Part shown: piece by piece, positions 9,506-18,839 of the stretch
Position numbering within the stretch: position 1 is the stretch's first letter
How the letters are laid out: each line of letters opens with the position of its first letter
Assembly (NCBI GenBank): GCA_965207095.1
Contig: CBDBMC010000001.1
Span: 4,230 to 68,229 of the forward strand
Reading direction: 5' to 3'
Source of the DNA: Candidatus Poribacteria bacterium
GTDB lineage: Bacteria > Poribacteria > WGA-4E > PCPOR2b
Length of the DNA stretch: 64,000 bases
The notes under the pieces: generated by a model
The model's input: only the letters and a program-made list of their open reading frames with translations
Databases searched by the model: none
Told to the model about the DNA's origin: nothing
Program-made: the position numbers and the translations under genes

Positions 9506-12500
9506 TTATTTCAGGATAAGCATTCTGCGGGTCGCAGAAAACGCACCCGCCCGGATCTGATAGAAATATAAGCCGCTCGCAACCTGCTCGCCATACATGT
9601 CTTCTCCGTCCCAATAAGCCGCCCTGTCGCGAGTGACGTATGTCCCCACATGCTGATAACCGAGGTCTAATTGACGGACACGCTCACCTTGCGTATCATA
9701 AATTGAGATGATCACTTCTGAATCGGTAGAGAGCTGATACGGAATCCACGTTTCTGGATTAAATGGGTTTGGGTAGTTTTGAAGTAACATCGGTTTCTCA
9801 GGGAATAGTTCCCTCATTGACACCCGCTCACCGACCACCTCCACCGGAATCGCCCTTGTTAGCGCATCCGCCAGTTGCAGGTCAACAAACTGGATGGGAG
9901 GCTGTGCCGATGGGAGTCCCGTCTTTTTAACGTGAAAAACAAGCGTAGCCAGTGTCCCCTCTGCCTCCACACCTTCCAGCGTACCTTGACGAGTCTGCGT
10001 CAATTCCAGTTGCCTCCCCTGCTGAGAAACCTGCCAATAGCTTTGGGGCAGCGCGGCGGCTAAAACCGAACTTGGCGATGCCGTAAGGAGCTCTAATACC
10101 GCTGGATCGTACTGGATTGAAAAATGGTAGCCATAAAGATCGGCAATTGCGGTGGTGTGAATTGAGACGGTCAACTGGCGTGTATCCGTCGCGCTTGGAG
10201 TCATCAGGAGGCGTATCTGCCCTTCGGACGACACTGAGCGGCGTCGCCCAAAATCGGCGGTTGGCGTGGTGTTAATGTATTTTTCGCCGAAATGTTGGCC
10301 GACAAGCACGAGATCAAAAATGTCTACCACCCCATCTTGGTTGACATCATAAGGGGGAAATTGACTCTCACCGCGCCCTTCTTCGATTGTTAAAGTTAGC
10401 GTATAGGTAAGATTCGCTCCACCTCCTCCGGCAAGATCTCTAATCTCGGCGTAGTATGTTCCGTCCGCAGGAATTTCAAATCCTTCTAGGATTGACTCAG
10501 GGCCTTCTATAAAAAGCGGCACTTCCATCAAAATCTGTAAATCGCTATTATACAGAGTCAAACCGAAACGAAAGAACGGACCGGTGGGTCGCCCATTAAT
10601 CGCTAACGTAATGAACTCTCCCGCTGTAGCAGTAAACTGAAAGGCATCGGTATCCCCGGCAAAACTGATGGCTCCCTCGACAGGAACATCTGCCGTTAAG
10701 GGAGTTGGATTCCCGCTTAAGTCTTCGTGGTCATCTTCGGGAAGTTCGCCCTCAGATAACGTCAGCGTGTAGGTATAAGTGGAACCGATCGCGCCACCTA
10801 TAAAACCGGCAATATCGACACAATATTCACCGTCGGCAGGGATGAGAAATCCATCAATCCGTACCTCCAAGCTGTTGGGATTGCCTCGAGTAGATACCAA
10901 CCTTTCCCCAGACGCATCCAAAAGACTCAGTTGGGTCACCCAAAATATTACCTCGCGTGCAGGTGGTTCTATCTCAACGTGTAGGGCAATGACAGCGCCT
11001 GCCGACGCTTCAAAGCGGAAACCATCCGAATCATGCGGATCACGAGACGCAGGATCGCCCCTGAGGGTAATGACCCCTGTTATAGGCTCATCGAAGGTCA
11101 ACGGGGTTTCCTCGCCACTACCGCAGGCTGCATGGTCATCGATCTTTCCACCGATCGTCAGCGTATAAGAGTAGTTCAGACCACCAAAGGGGGCATTCAG
11201 GTTGGGAAGTGCAATGTTGCTGACAGCAAGCAGGTACGTTCCATCGCTTGGCAATTCTTCGCTCACACGGGAATCAATGCCACGCGGATTTAATTCAGGA
11301 ATTGGCTCAGGACCGGTGGTCGGTAAGACATCGTCACTTTTAGCAAAGAGCTCACCATCTGGACCATAGATAACGAGCAGAGAGTCAAGGTTGGAGTTCT
11401 TCGTCGTAACAGTAACCTCAACACGTTGCCCCTTCTCACCTTCAAATGCGAAGAGATCTGTATCGCCGCTGAAGTCGATGAAACTCTCTATCGTATCGCC
11501 GACCGCCACAGGTGTCGCTGTATCAGATGTATCACCGTGGTTGTCAATGATGAGAATTAGTTTATAATCGTTGGTTGCCCCATTGATGCCAGAAACTGCA
11601 ACGAGATAATCGCCCGGAACCAATTCAAGCGATGTGACAGCCTGCGTCTCAAAGGTAACAAGCTCAGTACCGTTAGGTCCCCTTAATATTAGCATCAAAT
11701 CCCCGTAAATCGGTTGAAACTCAATGCCCAATCCAACCTGCATCGTTTCATCCAGATGGAATTTATAGTAATCATCATTGTCTGCCGTGTGGATTGACAA
11801 TTCTTCGTTGATAAATGGGAGTTCAATCGTGGATGCAGTCTCCGCTGTATCGTTCTCCTCAAGGGCATCCGATGCCAATCTGGGCGGCGTAAAGAATCCA
11901 CGGTTCTCCATAATCCCCAAGATGAAGTCAAAATTTACGCCGCCATTCAGTTCTTGGTCCGCCATAAGAATTGCGGATGCCGCATCGACAAATTCCGCAG
12001 CGGGCGAGAGGAAGAAATGGCTCTCAACGACCAGACGGATCGAGGCATCGCGTCCTATCACTTCAAAAATCTCCCATAGTGCCGCAGACCAGATTTGCCC
12101 ATCGGCGTGGGGTTCACCCCTAATGTCTTGGGGATAACGCTTGTTACTATTCACAGGACGCGTGGCAACCTCAGGGTCATCTGAACCCGCCCATTCAAAA
12201 ACAATCGAGTCGCCAAAACCGTCGCTTACGGCACTAAAAAAACTGGCTGCGAGAAAATCACTAAATCCTTCATGTATCGCGCCACCCTCACCTCTGTTGA
12301 TTTTCGGGACCTGTCGATCAAGGATTGCATGGCCATATTCGTGGATGATCACTTCAGCATCTTCGGCAACATCAACACCAGCATCTCCGAAATTAATCGA
12401 GCCGTCACTATCGTCGTAAAAAGCAGCTCTCGTCATACCGAAATGCACATTCGCAGGAATCTGCCAATTATCCACAAAATCAAAGCCGAGCCCTTTCAGA

Positions 12501-13516
12501 TAACGCCCAACGGCATCAACGTGATAATAGACCATCACCTCCTCAAACCGGGGGTTATCTCGGAAATAATTGAACTCTAGTGTCGGCTCGTTGGCACGAT
12601 TTTCGGTCAGTTTCGTACTCACGTAAGGACCATCAAGAAAACCACTCGCGTCCAACTCAGGCAGAATCACGTCCGTGTACGCCGCTTCCGGTATAGCGTC
12701 AGCAGCATCGCCTTGATCCATGAGCGTCAAATCTTTTAGGGCAACAACGGGATTTGGGTTAAAGACACGCCCCCGTCCGTCAGCATACCTGAGTAGGTCC
12801 CGTCGATTCAACGGCTCACCGGTGTTGGCGTCGATGATGTACTCCCAACTTGCCAGAGGTTGACGGGAATGTAAAATTACGCGATAGGCGAGACGATATG
12901 CATCGGCATAGTCACCGATCCGTCCCGCACCACGATTCGGGAAAACCACCAAGTTGGCGCCCGGCGGCTTGCGCGAATCATATACACCCGATTCGGCAGT
13001 AGCGATGCTGATGGCCTGTTCGGGGGAGAGCGATGCCATTGTACTGATATTGATTTGTGGGAAGTAGTTACTGTGTATGACCCGTATCTCCCCCGCATGG
13101 TTGGTATGGACGGAGATTGCCGCACGGTAAACTTCAATACCGTTGTAGTATTGATGGAATCGAGCATGTCTACCCGTTAAGCTGCTTTGGATATTTGTGA
13201 GACGCAGCTCAATGTGCGGATCGGTCATCGCAAAGAGGTCACAATAGTTGCTGAGACATTGACGTGCGGAGCTTTCTAGCGTTCCTATTGGAGCGGGCAA
13301 TGTCAAATTGTACAAACTGCCGACCGTCCCTCGGTCCTGATGCCATTTTGTACGGACAAGGGTATCTGAATCGGACTTAATCCGCTGCAATGCGGCTCCT
13401 GCTTTCAACTGAATTTCCTGTCTTATCCCTTTTTTGGCGTATACGGAAAGTGGAACACATATTAGGATTGTATAGAATACCAGCACAAGAGGTATCGAAG
13501 TTATTTGCTTATTCAT
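9506..13516 (-). CDS. Secreted multidomain zinc metalloprotease, M36 (fungalysin)-like, with PPC repeats, dockerin loop, cohesin-like module and Por/T9SS-type C-terminal domain
   Basis: HEXXH is IIHEYGHAILD, followed by HEGFSDFLA (M36-like EGxSDF). There is an FTP/PepSY-like propeptide (RFHQYYNGIEVYRAAISVH), at least 4 pre-peptidase-C-like repeats, DVNQDGVVDIFDLVLVGQHFG and a tail NYPNPFNPETWIPYQL..YFYQI..MLILK. I prefer the start ATG at 13516 (MNKQITS, signal peptide). The longest ORF runs to 13573. Confidence 0.8.
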   Translation of the reverse strand: MNKQITSIPLVLVFYTILICVPLSVYAKKGIRQEIQLKAGAALQRIKSDSDTLVRTKWHQDRGTVGSLYNLTLPAPIGTLESSARQCLSNYCDLFAMTDPHIELRLTNIQSSLTGRHARFHQYYNGIEVYRAAISVHTNHAGEIRVIHSNYFPQINISTMASLSPEQAISIATAESGVYDSRKPPGANLVVFPNRGAGRIGDYADAYRLAYRVILHSRQPLASWEYIIDANTGEPLNRRDLLRYADGRGRVFNPNPVVALKDLTLMDQGDAADAIPEAAYTDVILPELDASGFLDGPYVSTKLTENRANEPTLEFNYFRDNPRFEEVMVYYHVDAVGRYLKGLGFDFVDNWQIPANVHFGMTRAAFYDDSDGSINFGDAGVDVAEDAEVIIHEYGHAILDRQVPKINRGEGGAIHEGFSDFLAASFFSAVSDGFGDSIVFEWAGSDDPEVATRPVNSNKRYPQDIRGEPHADGQIWSAALWEIFEVIGRDASIRLVVESHFFLSPAAEFVDAASAILMADQELNGGVNFDFILGIMENRGFFTPPRLASDALEENDTAETASTIELPFINEELSIHTADNDDYYKFHLDETMQVGLGIEFQPIYGDLMLILRGPNGTELVTFETQAVTSLELVPGDYLVAVSGINGATNDYKLILIIDNHGDTSDTATPVAVGDTIESFIDFSGDTDLFAFEGEKGQRVEVTVTTKNSNLDSLLVIYGPDGELFAKSDDVLPTTGPEPIPELNPRGIDSRVSEELPSDGTYLLAVSNIALPNLNAPFGGLNYSYTLTIGGKIDDHAACGSGEETPLTFDEPITGVITLRGDPASRDPHDSDGFRFEASAGAVIALHVEIEPPAREVIFWVTQLSLLDASGERLVSTRGNPNSLEVRIDGFLIPADGEYCVDIAGFIGGAIGSTYTYTLTLSEGELPEDDHEDLSGNPTPLTADVPVEGAISFAGDTDAFQFTATAGEFITLAINGRPTGPFFRFGLTLYNSDLQILMEVPLFIEGPESILEGFEIPADGTYYAEIRDLAGGGGANLTYTLTLTIEEGRGESQFPPYDVNQDGVVDIFDLVLVGQHFGEKYINTTPTADFGRRRSVSSEGQIRLLMTPSATDTRQLTVSIHTTAIADLYGYHFSIQYDPAVLELLTASPSSVLAAALPQSYWQVSQQGRQLELTQTRQGTLEGVEAEGTLATLVFHVKKTGLPSAQPPIQFVDLQLADALTRAIPVEVVGERVSMRELFPEKPMLLQNYPNPFNPETWIPYQLSTDSEVIISIYDTQGERVRQLDLGYQHVGTYVTRDRAAYWDGEDMYGEQVASGLYFYQIRAGAFSATRRMLILK

Positions 13517-13688
13517 AGTGTCCCTCGTTCGATTTGAAAACCGCCTTTTACATAAAAATGGGAGCATGGGCATAAAATCCTATCTGATCGCCCGATGCTC
13601 CCATGGTTGGACAGGAATTAGTTTTATGGCGCGCAAGCCGTGTTGGGTTTTACGAACCGCGTCTTGCACGCCAGATGAATTAGATGAC

Positions 13689-16448
13689 TTACTTCAAGAT
13701 CAGCATTTTTCGTGTTGCTGAAAAATCAGCCGCCTGCAAACTGTAGAAGTAGACCCCTGAAGCAATCAACTCTCCCATGTTGTTACGACCGTCCCAATAC
13801 GCCGCTGTCGAACGGGTCATATAGAAGCCACGCGGCTTGAAACCGAGGTCAATCGTACGGACTACACTGCCCGACATGTCGTATATCTGAAGCGCAACAT
13901 CTGACGATTTCTCAAGTTGGTACGGTATCCACGTCTCCGGGTTGAACGGATTTGGGAAGTTCTGACCCAATATCGTCGCTGACGGGTGTACATCCCCAAC
14001 TGTCAACGGTAAACTCAGGTACGCCTTCCGAAGGTCTTCAATACCAACCCTATGCGTGAACGGACCTGAAACGATATTGTCCCACTGATCTATCAGCGTA
14101 ACCTCTAATGTATCACCTGCTTCAATGACACTCTCACGGGAGAGGTCTGCCCAGACCGTGTTAAACTCCCTGTGGTCGCTGGAAACCCCCCGTGTGGCAA
14201 TTTCACCGGTGCGGTGATTCGTCGCAACAACTGTGTAGGATACACCCGTTTCCGCCTCTAACAGGTCGCCACTGATGACAAACGCCCACCCTGTACTTGG
14301 CAGTTGGATACCCGGTGCAGCGGCTGCGTCTTCTTCTGCGGTGTTACTCCACACCGTTCCGGTAAAGGTGACCATCCCACCACCGGGGACGTTGACGATG
14401 TAGCCCTGACCACCTTCAATGGCAAATCCATCGCCTTCTTGGTCTGCGGTGAAGCCGACGAACTCCTGTTTCGCTGCATCAAGCCGAATCACAACGGTCG
14501 CACCAACCATTTCAGCAAACGAACTCGCTGTATAAGGTTCTGCGGGCATCAGTGGTAAGGAGATCAGGTTCAAACCGGATGCCAACCCCATCTCGAACAT
14601 ATACGTTGGTTTTGGAGGCGGTTCCGGTTCTACTGGAGGTTCCACGGGTGGCAGCCCGACCGGAGTAACGGTTACGCGTGCGGTAGGCTCTGTCCAACCA
14701 AAGGCAGCTCCCACGTCAGCAGTACCGGCGATACCGGGGTGCGGCGTAATGACGCCTCCTTCAGTTGGTGCACGTTGACCGCCGCCAAATGGCGGTCCCG
14801 GAACATGCGTTGCCAACTCGTTATTGTCTTCTGTACCTGCGTCATACGCTATTAGATCCATTTCAATCGTGAGCGGATTACCATCTTCGTCGAAGAGTGG
14901 CAAACTGTTACCCAAAACGATACCGTCGTTGGTTTGCACAAGCATCGTCGCCAACGAGAGATAACCGGCATCAGAACTGGTGCTGACCGTCGTTGTGACG
15001 GTTCCGTCGGGAATCACGACCCCATCAGGAGGAGCGGGAAACGCAACGACACCGCTGACTGCGTCTGAACGCATAGCCAATGCAGCGAGTGGCGCATGGT
15101 TGCCAGTTTCCGCCAACGTGGTGAGTTCTGGGCTCGCTGCTTCACCTGAGGCACCGATTGAAAACCCATGACCGTGTGTTACAAAAATTGGGGGTGAGAA
15201 GATCTGACCGCCTTGGGCAGGAGTACCCATAGTTAGGTTTGTCAACATCACTTCAAAATCAACAGGCTCTGCGGGCATCTCAACTATAGCTTCCACAGTC
15301 ACGGTCGCGGTAGGCTCTGTCCAACCGAACGCCGTTCCCACATCAGCGGTACCAGCGATACCGGGGTGCGCCATAATGGGGTCTGCAGTTGGTGCGCGTT
15401 CACCGCCTTCAAACGGGGGTCCCGGAACATGCGTTGCCAACTCGTTGTTATCTTCCGTACCTGCGTCATACGCTATTAGATCCATTGTGAACGAGCGCGG
15501 CTTACCGTCTTCGTCGAAGAGCGGCAAACTGTTACCCAAAACGATACCGTCATTGGTTTGCACAAGCATCGTCGCCAATGAGAGATAACCAGCATCAGAA
15601 CTAGCGCTGACTGTCGTCATGACGGACCCACCACTGGGGAACACCAACCCGTCAGGGGCACCCATCGCAACGACACTGCCGACTGCGTCTGAACCCATAG
15701 CCAATTCAGCGAGCGGACCATTGTTACCGGTTTCTGCCAATATGCCAAGTTGCATGCTGGCTAACTCACCCGATGCACCAATTGAAAACCCATGACCGTG
15801 CGTTACAAAAATTGGGGGTGAGAAGATCTGACCGCCTTGGGTCGGAGCACCCATAGTGAGGTTTGTTAAGGTCACCTTAAATTCAACAGCCTCTGCCATC
15901 TCCGGCATTTCCGGTGTCTCGGGAGGCATCGGTGTTTCTGGCATCTCCGGCGCAGGTCCGGTAACCATACCGCCCTGGATTGTTACGTCTATTGCGGTCG
16001 CTGTCGCATCAGAAATCAAGACATCAGTCAACCCGATTGTCGAATCTTTGGCTTCAACGACTGTAAAGGTGACTGTCGCAAGGGTGCCGTCCCCATCTGC
16101 CGTGGGAACACCAGTGGCTGTGGGCAAACCCGCTGCACCGAGTGTTACACTCGTATCGGTGGCAATTGGTGTCGTAGCGAACGCACCGGTAGGCAGGAAA
16201 TCCCCATTTGCAATGCTGACATACGACAGCGCTGTTGCATCGAATGTCACAGTCACTTGATAACCGGCAACATTCATTCCGTCTGTGATGTTGATATTAA
16301 CGGTCAACTGCTCTCCAGCGGCTGGGGATTCAATTGAAGCCGGATATATTGAGACGGTTTGACCATAGGTGAGACCTTGAGCTGCAAGTAAAATAAATAC
16401 AGCACAAATGGCTAAGAACGCGTTGGGGTTGGCAATCCGACGTTTCAT
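13689..16448 (-). CDS. Secreted cohesin + 2x spondin_N-like + Por/T9SS-type C-terminal domain protein
   Basis: 919 aa with a signal peptide. The cohesin-like N-domain contains LTVNINITDGMNVAGYQVTVTFDATALSYVSI. Two roughly 210-aa repeats contain LTNLTMG.P.QGGQIFSPPIFVTHGHGF..LAETGN (spondin_N pattern). The tail is NFPNPFNPETWIPYQL..YFYSL..MLILK. Confidence 0.75.
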   Translation of the reverse strand: MKRRIANPNAFLAICAVFILLAAQGLTYGQTVSIYPASIESPAAGEQLTVNINITDGMNVAGYQVTVTFDATALSYVSIANGDFLPTGAFATTPIATDTSVTLGAAGLPTATGVPTADGDGTLATVTFTVVEAKDSTIGLTDVLISDATATAIDVTIQGGMVTGPAPEMPETPMPPETPEMPEMAEAVEFKVTLTNLTMGAPTQGGQIFSPPIFVTHGHGFSIGASGELASMQLGILAETGNNGPLAELAMGSDAVGSVVAMGAPDGLVFPSGGSVMTTVSASSDAGYLSLATMLVQTNDGIVLGNSLPLFDEDGKPRSFTMDLIAYDAGTEDNNELATHVPGPPFEGGERAPTADPIMAHPGIAGTADVGTAFGWTEPTATVTVEAIVEMPAEPVDFEVMLTNLTMGTPAQGGQIFSPPIFVTHGHGFSIGASGEAASPELTTLAETGNHAPLAALAMRSDAVSGVVAFPAPPDGVVIPDGTVTTTVSTSSDAGYLSLATMLVQTNDGIVLGNSLPLFDEDGNPLTIEMDLIAYDAGTEDNNELATHVPGPPFGGGQRAPTEGGVITPHPGIAGTADVGAAFGWTEPTARVTVTPVGLPPVEPPVEPEPPPKPTYMFEMGLASGLNLISLPLMPAEPYTASSFAEMVGATVVIRLDAAKQEFVGFTADQEGDGFAIEGGQGYIVNVPGGGMVTFTGTVWSNTAEEDAAAAPGIQLPSTGWAFVISGDLLEAETGVSYTVVATNHRTGEIATRGVSSDHREFNTVWADLSRESVIEAGDTLEVTLIDQWDNIVSGPFTHRVGIEDLRKAYLSLPLTVGDVHPSATILGQNFPNPFNPETWIPYQLEKSSDVALQIYDMSGSVVRTIDLGFKPRGFYMTRSTAAYWDGRNNMGELIASGVYFYSLQAADFSATRKMLILK
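14560..15880 (-). repeat. Intragenic tandem duplication (two spondin_N-like units, register 624 nt)
   Basis: For example, 15157-15235 is nearly identical to 15781-15860, and about 14797-14960 is nearly identical to about 15421-15585. Confidence 0.8.
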
Positions 16449-16636
16449 CAGACAACTCCTTTCATCCCTGTAAATCCCTAATTGTGTTATAGATTGCGAA
16501 ATATAGCAATACTATAGTCTATCATAATACATTATTATATCTGTCCAGAGAACGGGTAAATTATAAGGAATTTTCTATATTTCGGCAAGGTTTTTTCCGA
16601 AAAAAGGGAGCTATCAGACGGCAATTTCACCAAAAT

Positions 16637-16761
16637 TATAGTGGATATTAGAATTAATGAAACACTCCAAATCCCGATGCCGATGAATCGGCACCGGTGC
16701 GGTTAGAAACCGCATCTACCAGGGGTGTGCAAGTGTCTCTTTATTTTTAGATTTCACTATA
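16637..16761. mobile_element. MITE family 1, compact 125-bp copy
   Basis: TATAGTGGATATTAGAATTAATGAAACAC ... GTGTCTCTTTATTTTTAGATTTCACTATA with a family-A hairpin (16694-16725) inside. It lies 8 bp beyond the stop codon of the 3-hydroxyacyl-CoA dehydrogenase gene (16770-16772), about 190 bp upstream of the spondin gene start at 16448. Confidence 0.7.
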
Positions 16762-16769
16762 ATTTCTTT

Positions 16770-17726
16770 TTATTCGGTTTTACTTGCCACGTCCTCCTTC
16801 ATTCGACGAATCAACGTCCGGTTCATCCCATCGCGGATTTTCTCGATTCTTTCCGGTGTCCATTCGTAGAACCCCTCTCCTGACTTAACACCGAGTTTGT
16901 CGTCTTCAACCATTTCACGGAGGAGTGGGTTAATCTCAGACGCGCTGTTGAGGTCCTTGTAGAGTTCCTCAAACGCTGCGAGGACTAGATCCCACCCGGC
17001 TAACTCAAACACCTGGAATGGTCCCGCGACGCTCAAACGCCGGCCAAAACTGTTACGGACCACTAGATCGACATCTTCTGCGGTCGCAATACCACGTTCA
17101 ACGATTGAGAACGCTTCGCGGATTACAGCGGCTTGTAGACGAGGGCCTACAAAGCCGGGCACTTCCTTCTGGATAATTGCCGGCGTTTTCCCGATCTTTA
17201 CCATAAGATCGTACGCTACCTGCAAGGCTTCATCCGCTGTTTTGGGACTGCGAATCAGTTCAACGAGCGGGATGAGATAGGGAGGATTAAAATAGTGGGT
17301 GTTCAAAATCTTATCTTGACGCTGAGTAAAAGCACCAATCTGCGAGGGCATCTGTGCCGTCGTGTTGCTTGCCAGAATCGTGTGCGGTGGGCAGATCTGA
17401 TCGAGTTGGCGGAAAATCTGCTGCTTGAGAGGCAGATTTTCGATTACCGCTTCGACGACAAAATCCGCGTCTTTCCCAACAATTTCAAGTTGGTCTGATC
17501 CGTGGATCCGTCCGAGCGTTTCATCAATCTGATCCGGTTTAGCAAGATCATTTTCCACAAAGAGGTGAAGGTTATCTCGGATTCGCTCTATTCCGGCGCC
17601 CACCTGCGCTTGGGTCACATCGTGCAGATGAACCTGATAGCCGGCAAATGCAAATTCTTGGGCGATTCCATGCCCCATCAAACCCGCCCCGATGACAGCA
17701 ATCTGTTGAATATCATCAAGTGTCAT
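16770..17726 (-). CDS. 3-hydroxyacyl-CoA (3-hydroxybutyryl-CoA) dehydrogenase
   Basis: IAVIGAGLMGHGIAQEFA Rossmann motif and the characteristic NTHYFNPPYLIPLVELI segment. I chose the start at ATG 17726 (AGGAA RBS). The upstream 39 codons of the longest ORF lie in repeat DNA. Confidence 0.85.
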   Translation of the reverse strand: MTLDDIQQIAVIGAGLMGHGIAQEFAFAGYQVHLHDVTQAQVGAGIERIRDNLHLFVENDLAKPDQIDETLGRIHGSDQLEIVGKDADFVVEAVIENLPLKQQIFRQLDQICPPHTILASNTTAQMPSQIGAFTQRQDKILNTHYFNPPYLIPLVELIRSPKTADEALQVAYDLMVKIGKTPAIIQKEVPGFVGPRLQAAVIREAFSIVERGIATAEDVDLVVRNSFGRRLSVAGPFQVFELAGWDLVLAAFEELYKDLNSASEINPLLREMVEDDKLGVKSGEGFYEWTPERIEKIRDGMNRTLIRRMKEDVASKTE

Positions 17727-17894
17727 ACCATTCCTTTCTAAGTACATTAGTTCATTGGTGCATTGGTGGATTAGTTCATTAAACCCAACCCCATACATTA
17801 GCGCAAGCACACATATCGCCCCGCTGGGGATAGGTTGGTTCATGGGTGCATTCGTATCGAATGAAGGTGATCACCCTCAAGTTTCCTAAGAACC

Positions 17895-17918
17895 AAAAAA
17901 GCCCCGCGGCAACGGGGC
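17895..17918 (-). terminator. Rho-independent terminator after the sulfatase/PhyH operon
   Basis: Minus strand GCCCCG-TTGCCG-CGGGGC stem-loop (17918-17901) followed by TTTTTT (17900-17895), 33 nt downstream of the PhyH stop. Confidence 0.7.
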
Positions 17919-17950
17919 TTTATCGATTGTATTACAACCCTAACCCGGTA

Positions 17951-18838
17951 TCAGACTCCCCACTGTTTCCGCATCTCCTCCATCGGGACCGTTTTGCCTT
18001 GTGTCCATGCGTAATGCGCGATCGGGTTCTCTCCAATCCATCGTTCATCGATTGGCTCATCGGCGCGTTGATAGCGTGTGTCGGTACTGAGGCGGAAGCG
18101 GTCAGTTGTGTTGTCGAGAGATCCGTGCATGGTGAACATACCGAAGATTAGCACATCACCCACTTCAAACGAACTGGTCCCCCACCGCCCGCCGTAGCGG
18201 TCTGCCAACTCGATCGGGTCATACGAGAACGAGCCGGTCACATGATCACGATCGACGTCCATCTTTCCGTAAGTTTCTTTGAGGGCATCAAAACGGTGGG
18301 ATCCAACGAGAATCACCAACGGTCCCATCTCAAGCGGCACATCGCCGAGCGGTGTCCAGCAGGTGACGAGTTTCTGTGTGCCGCGTCCCATGTAGACGAT
18401 GTCGTAGTGTGCGCCGGTGAAACCGCCCGGTCCGACCACACGCAGCCACTTATAATCGTAAGTGACGACGGGTGCGTCGTAAAACCCCTCACAGAAGTCC
18501 ATGATCTCCGGCGATTCGACCAGATTCAGGAAATCGGGTTCATGGGTAACGGCTTTGTTCCCACCCATAAACATGCCGCGTTTCCCTTCCGCCGGCACCC
18601 CATCCAAAAGCGGATACGACCTATCGATCTGTTCATTTTCGTCCAACTTTTCGAGGAGAAATCGACGGGTCGCTTTGACCTTCTCCGGATCGTGCAAGCC
18701 GCGGATTAGCAGATAGCCATCCTCCTCCAACCGCGCGTGAAGCGCCTCGCGGTCACCGAGTAGGTTGTTCGCTTCACGCAGCCAGCCGAGGTATTTCCCG
18801 CCCAACTCCATCTCTATTTGGTTCATCGTGAGAATCAT
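17951..18838 (-). CDS. Phytanoyl-CoA dioxygenase (PhyH) family Fe(II)/2-oxoglutarate oxygenase
   Basis: 295 aa with LEEDGYLLIRGL near the N-terminus and a HYD..(H) facial-triad context (GAHYDIVYMGRG ... FTMHGS). It starts 1 nt after the sulfatase stop. Confidence 0.7.
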   Translation of the reverse strand: MILTMNQIEMELGGKYLGWLREANNLLGDREALHARLEEDGYLLIRGLHDPEKVKATRRFLLEKLDENEQIDRSYPLLDGVPAEGKRGMFMGGNKAVTHEPDFLNLVESPEIMDFCEGFYDAPVVTYDYKWLRVVGPGGFTGAHYDIVYMGRGTQKLVTCWTPLGDVPLEMGPLVILVGSHRFDALKETYGKMDVDRDHVTGSFSYDPIELADRYGGRWGTSSFEVGDVLIFGMFTMHGSLDNTTDRFRLSTDTRYQRADEPIDERWIGENPIAHYAWTQGKTVPMEEMRKQWGV

Positions 18839-18839
18839 C

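Noticed and set aside
17727-17843. N-terminal 39-codon extension of the 3-hydroxyacyl-CoA dehydrogenase ORF. A similar case is the 54517-54684 extension of the nitroreductase ORF.
   Set aside because: The extensions run through repeat DNA or overlap the divergent neighbour. Internal ATGs have good RBSs and match the family N-termini.
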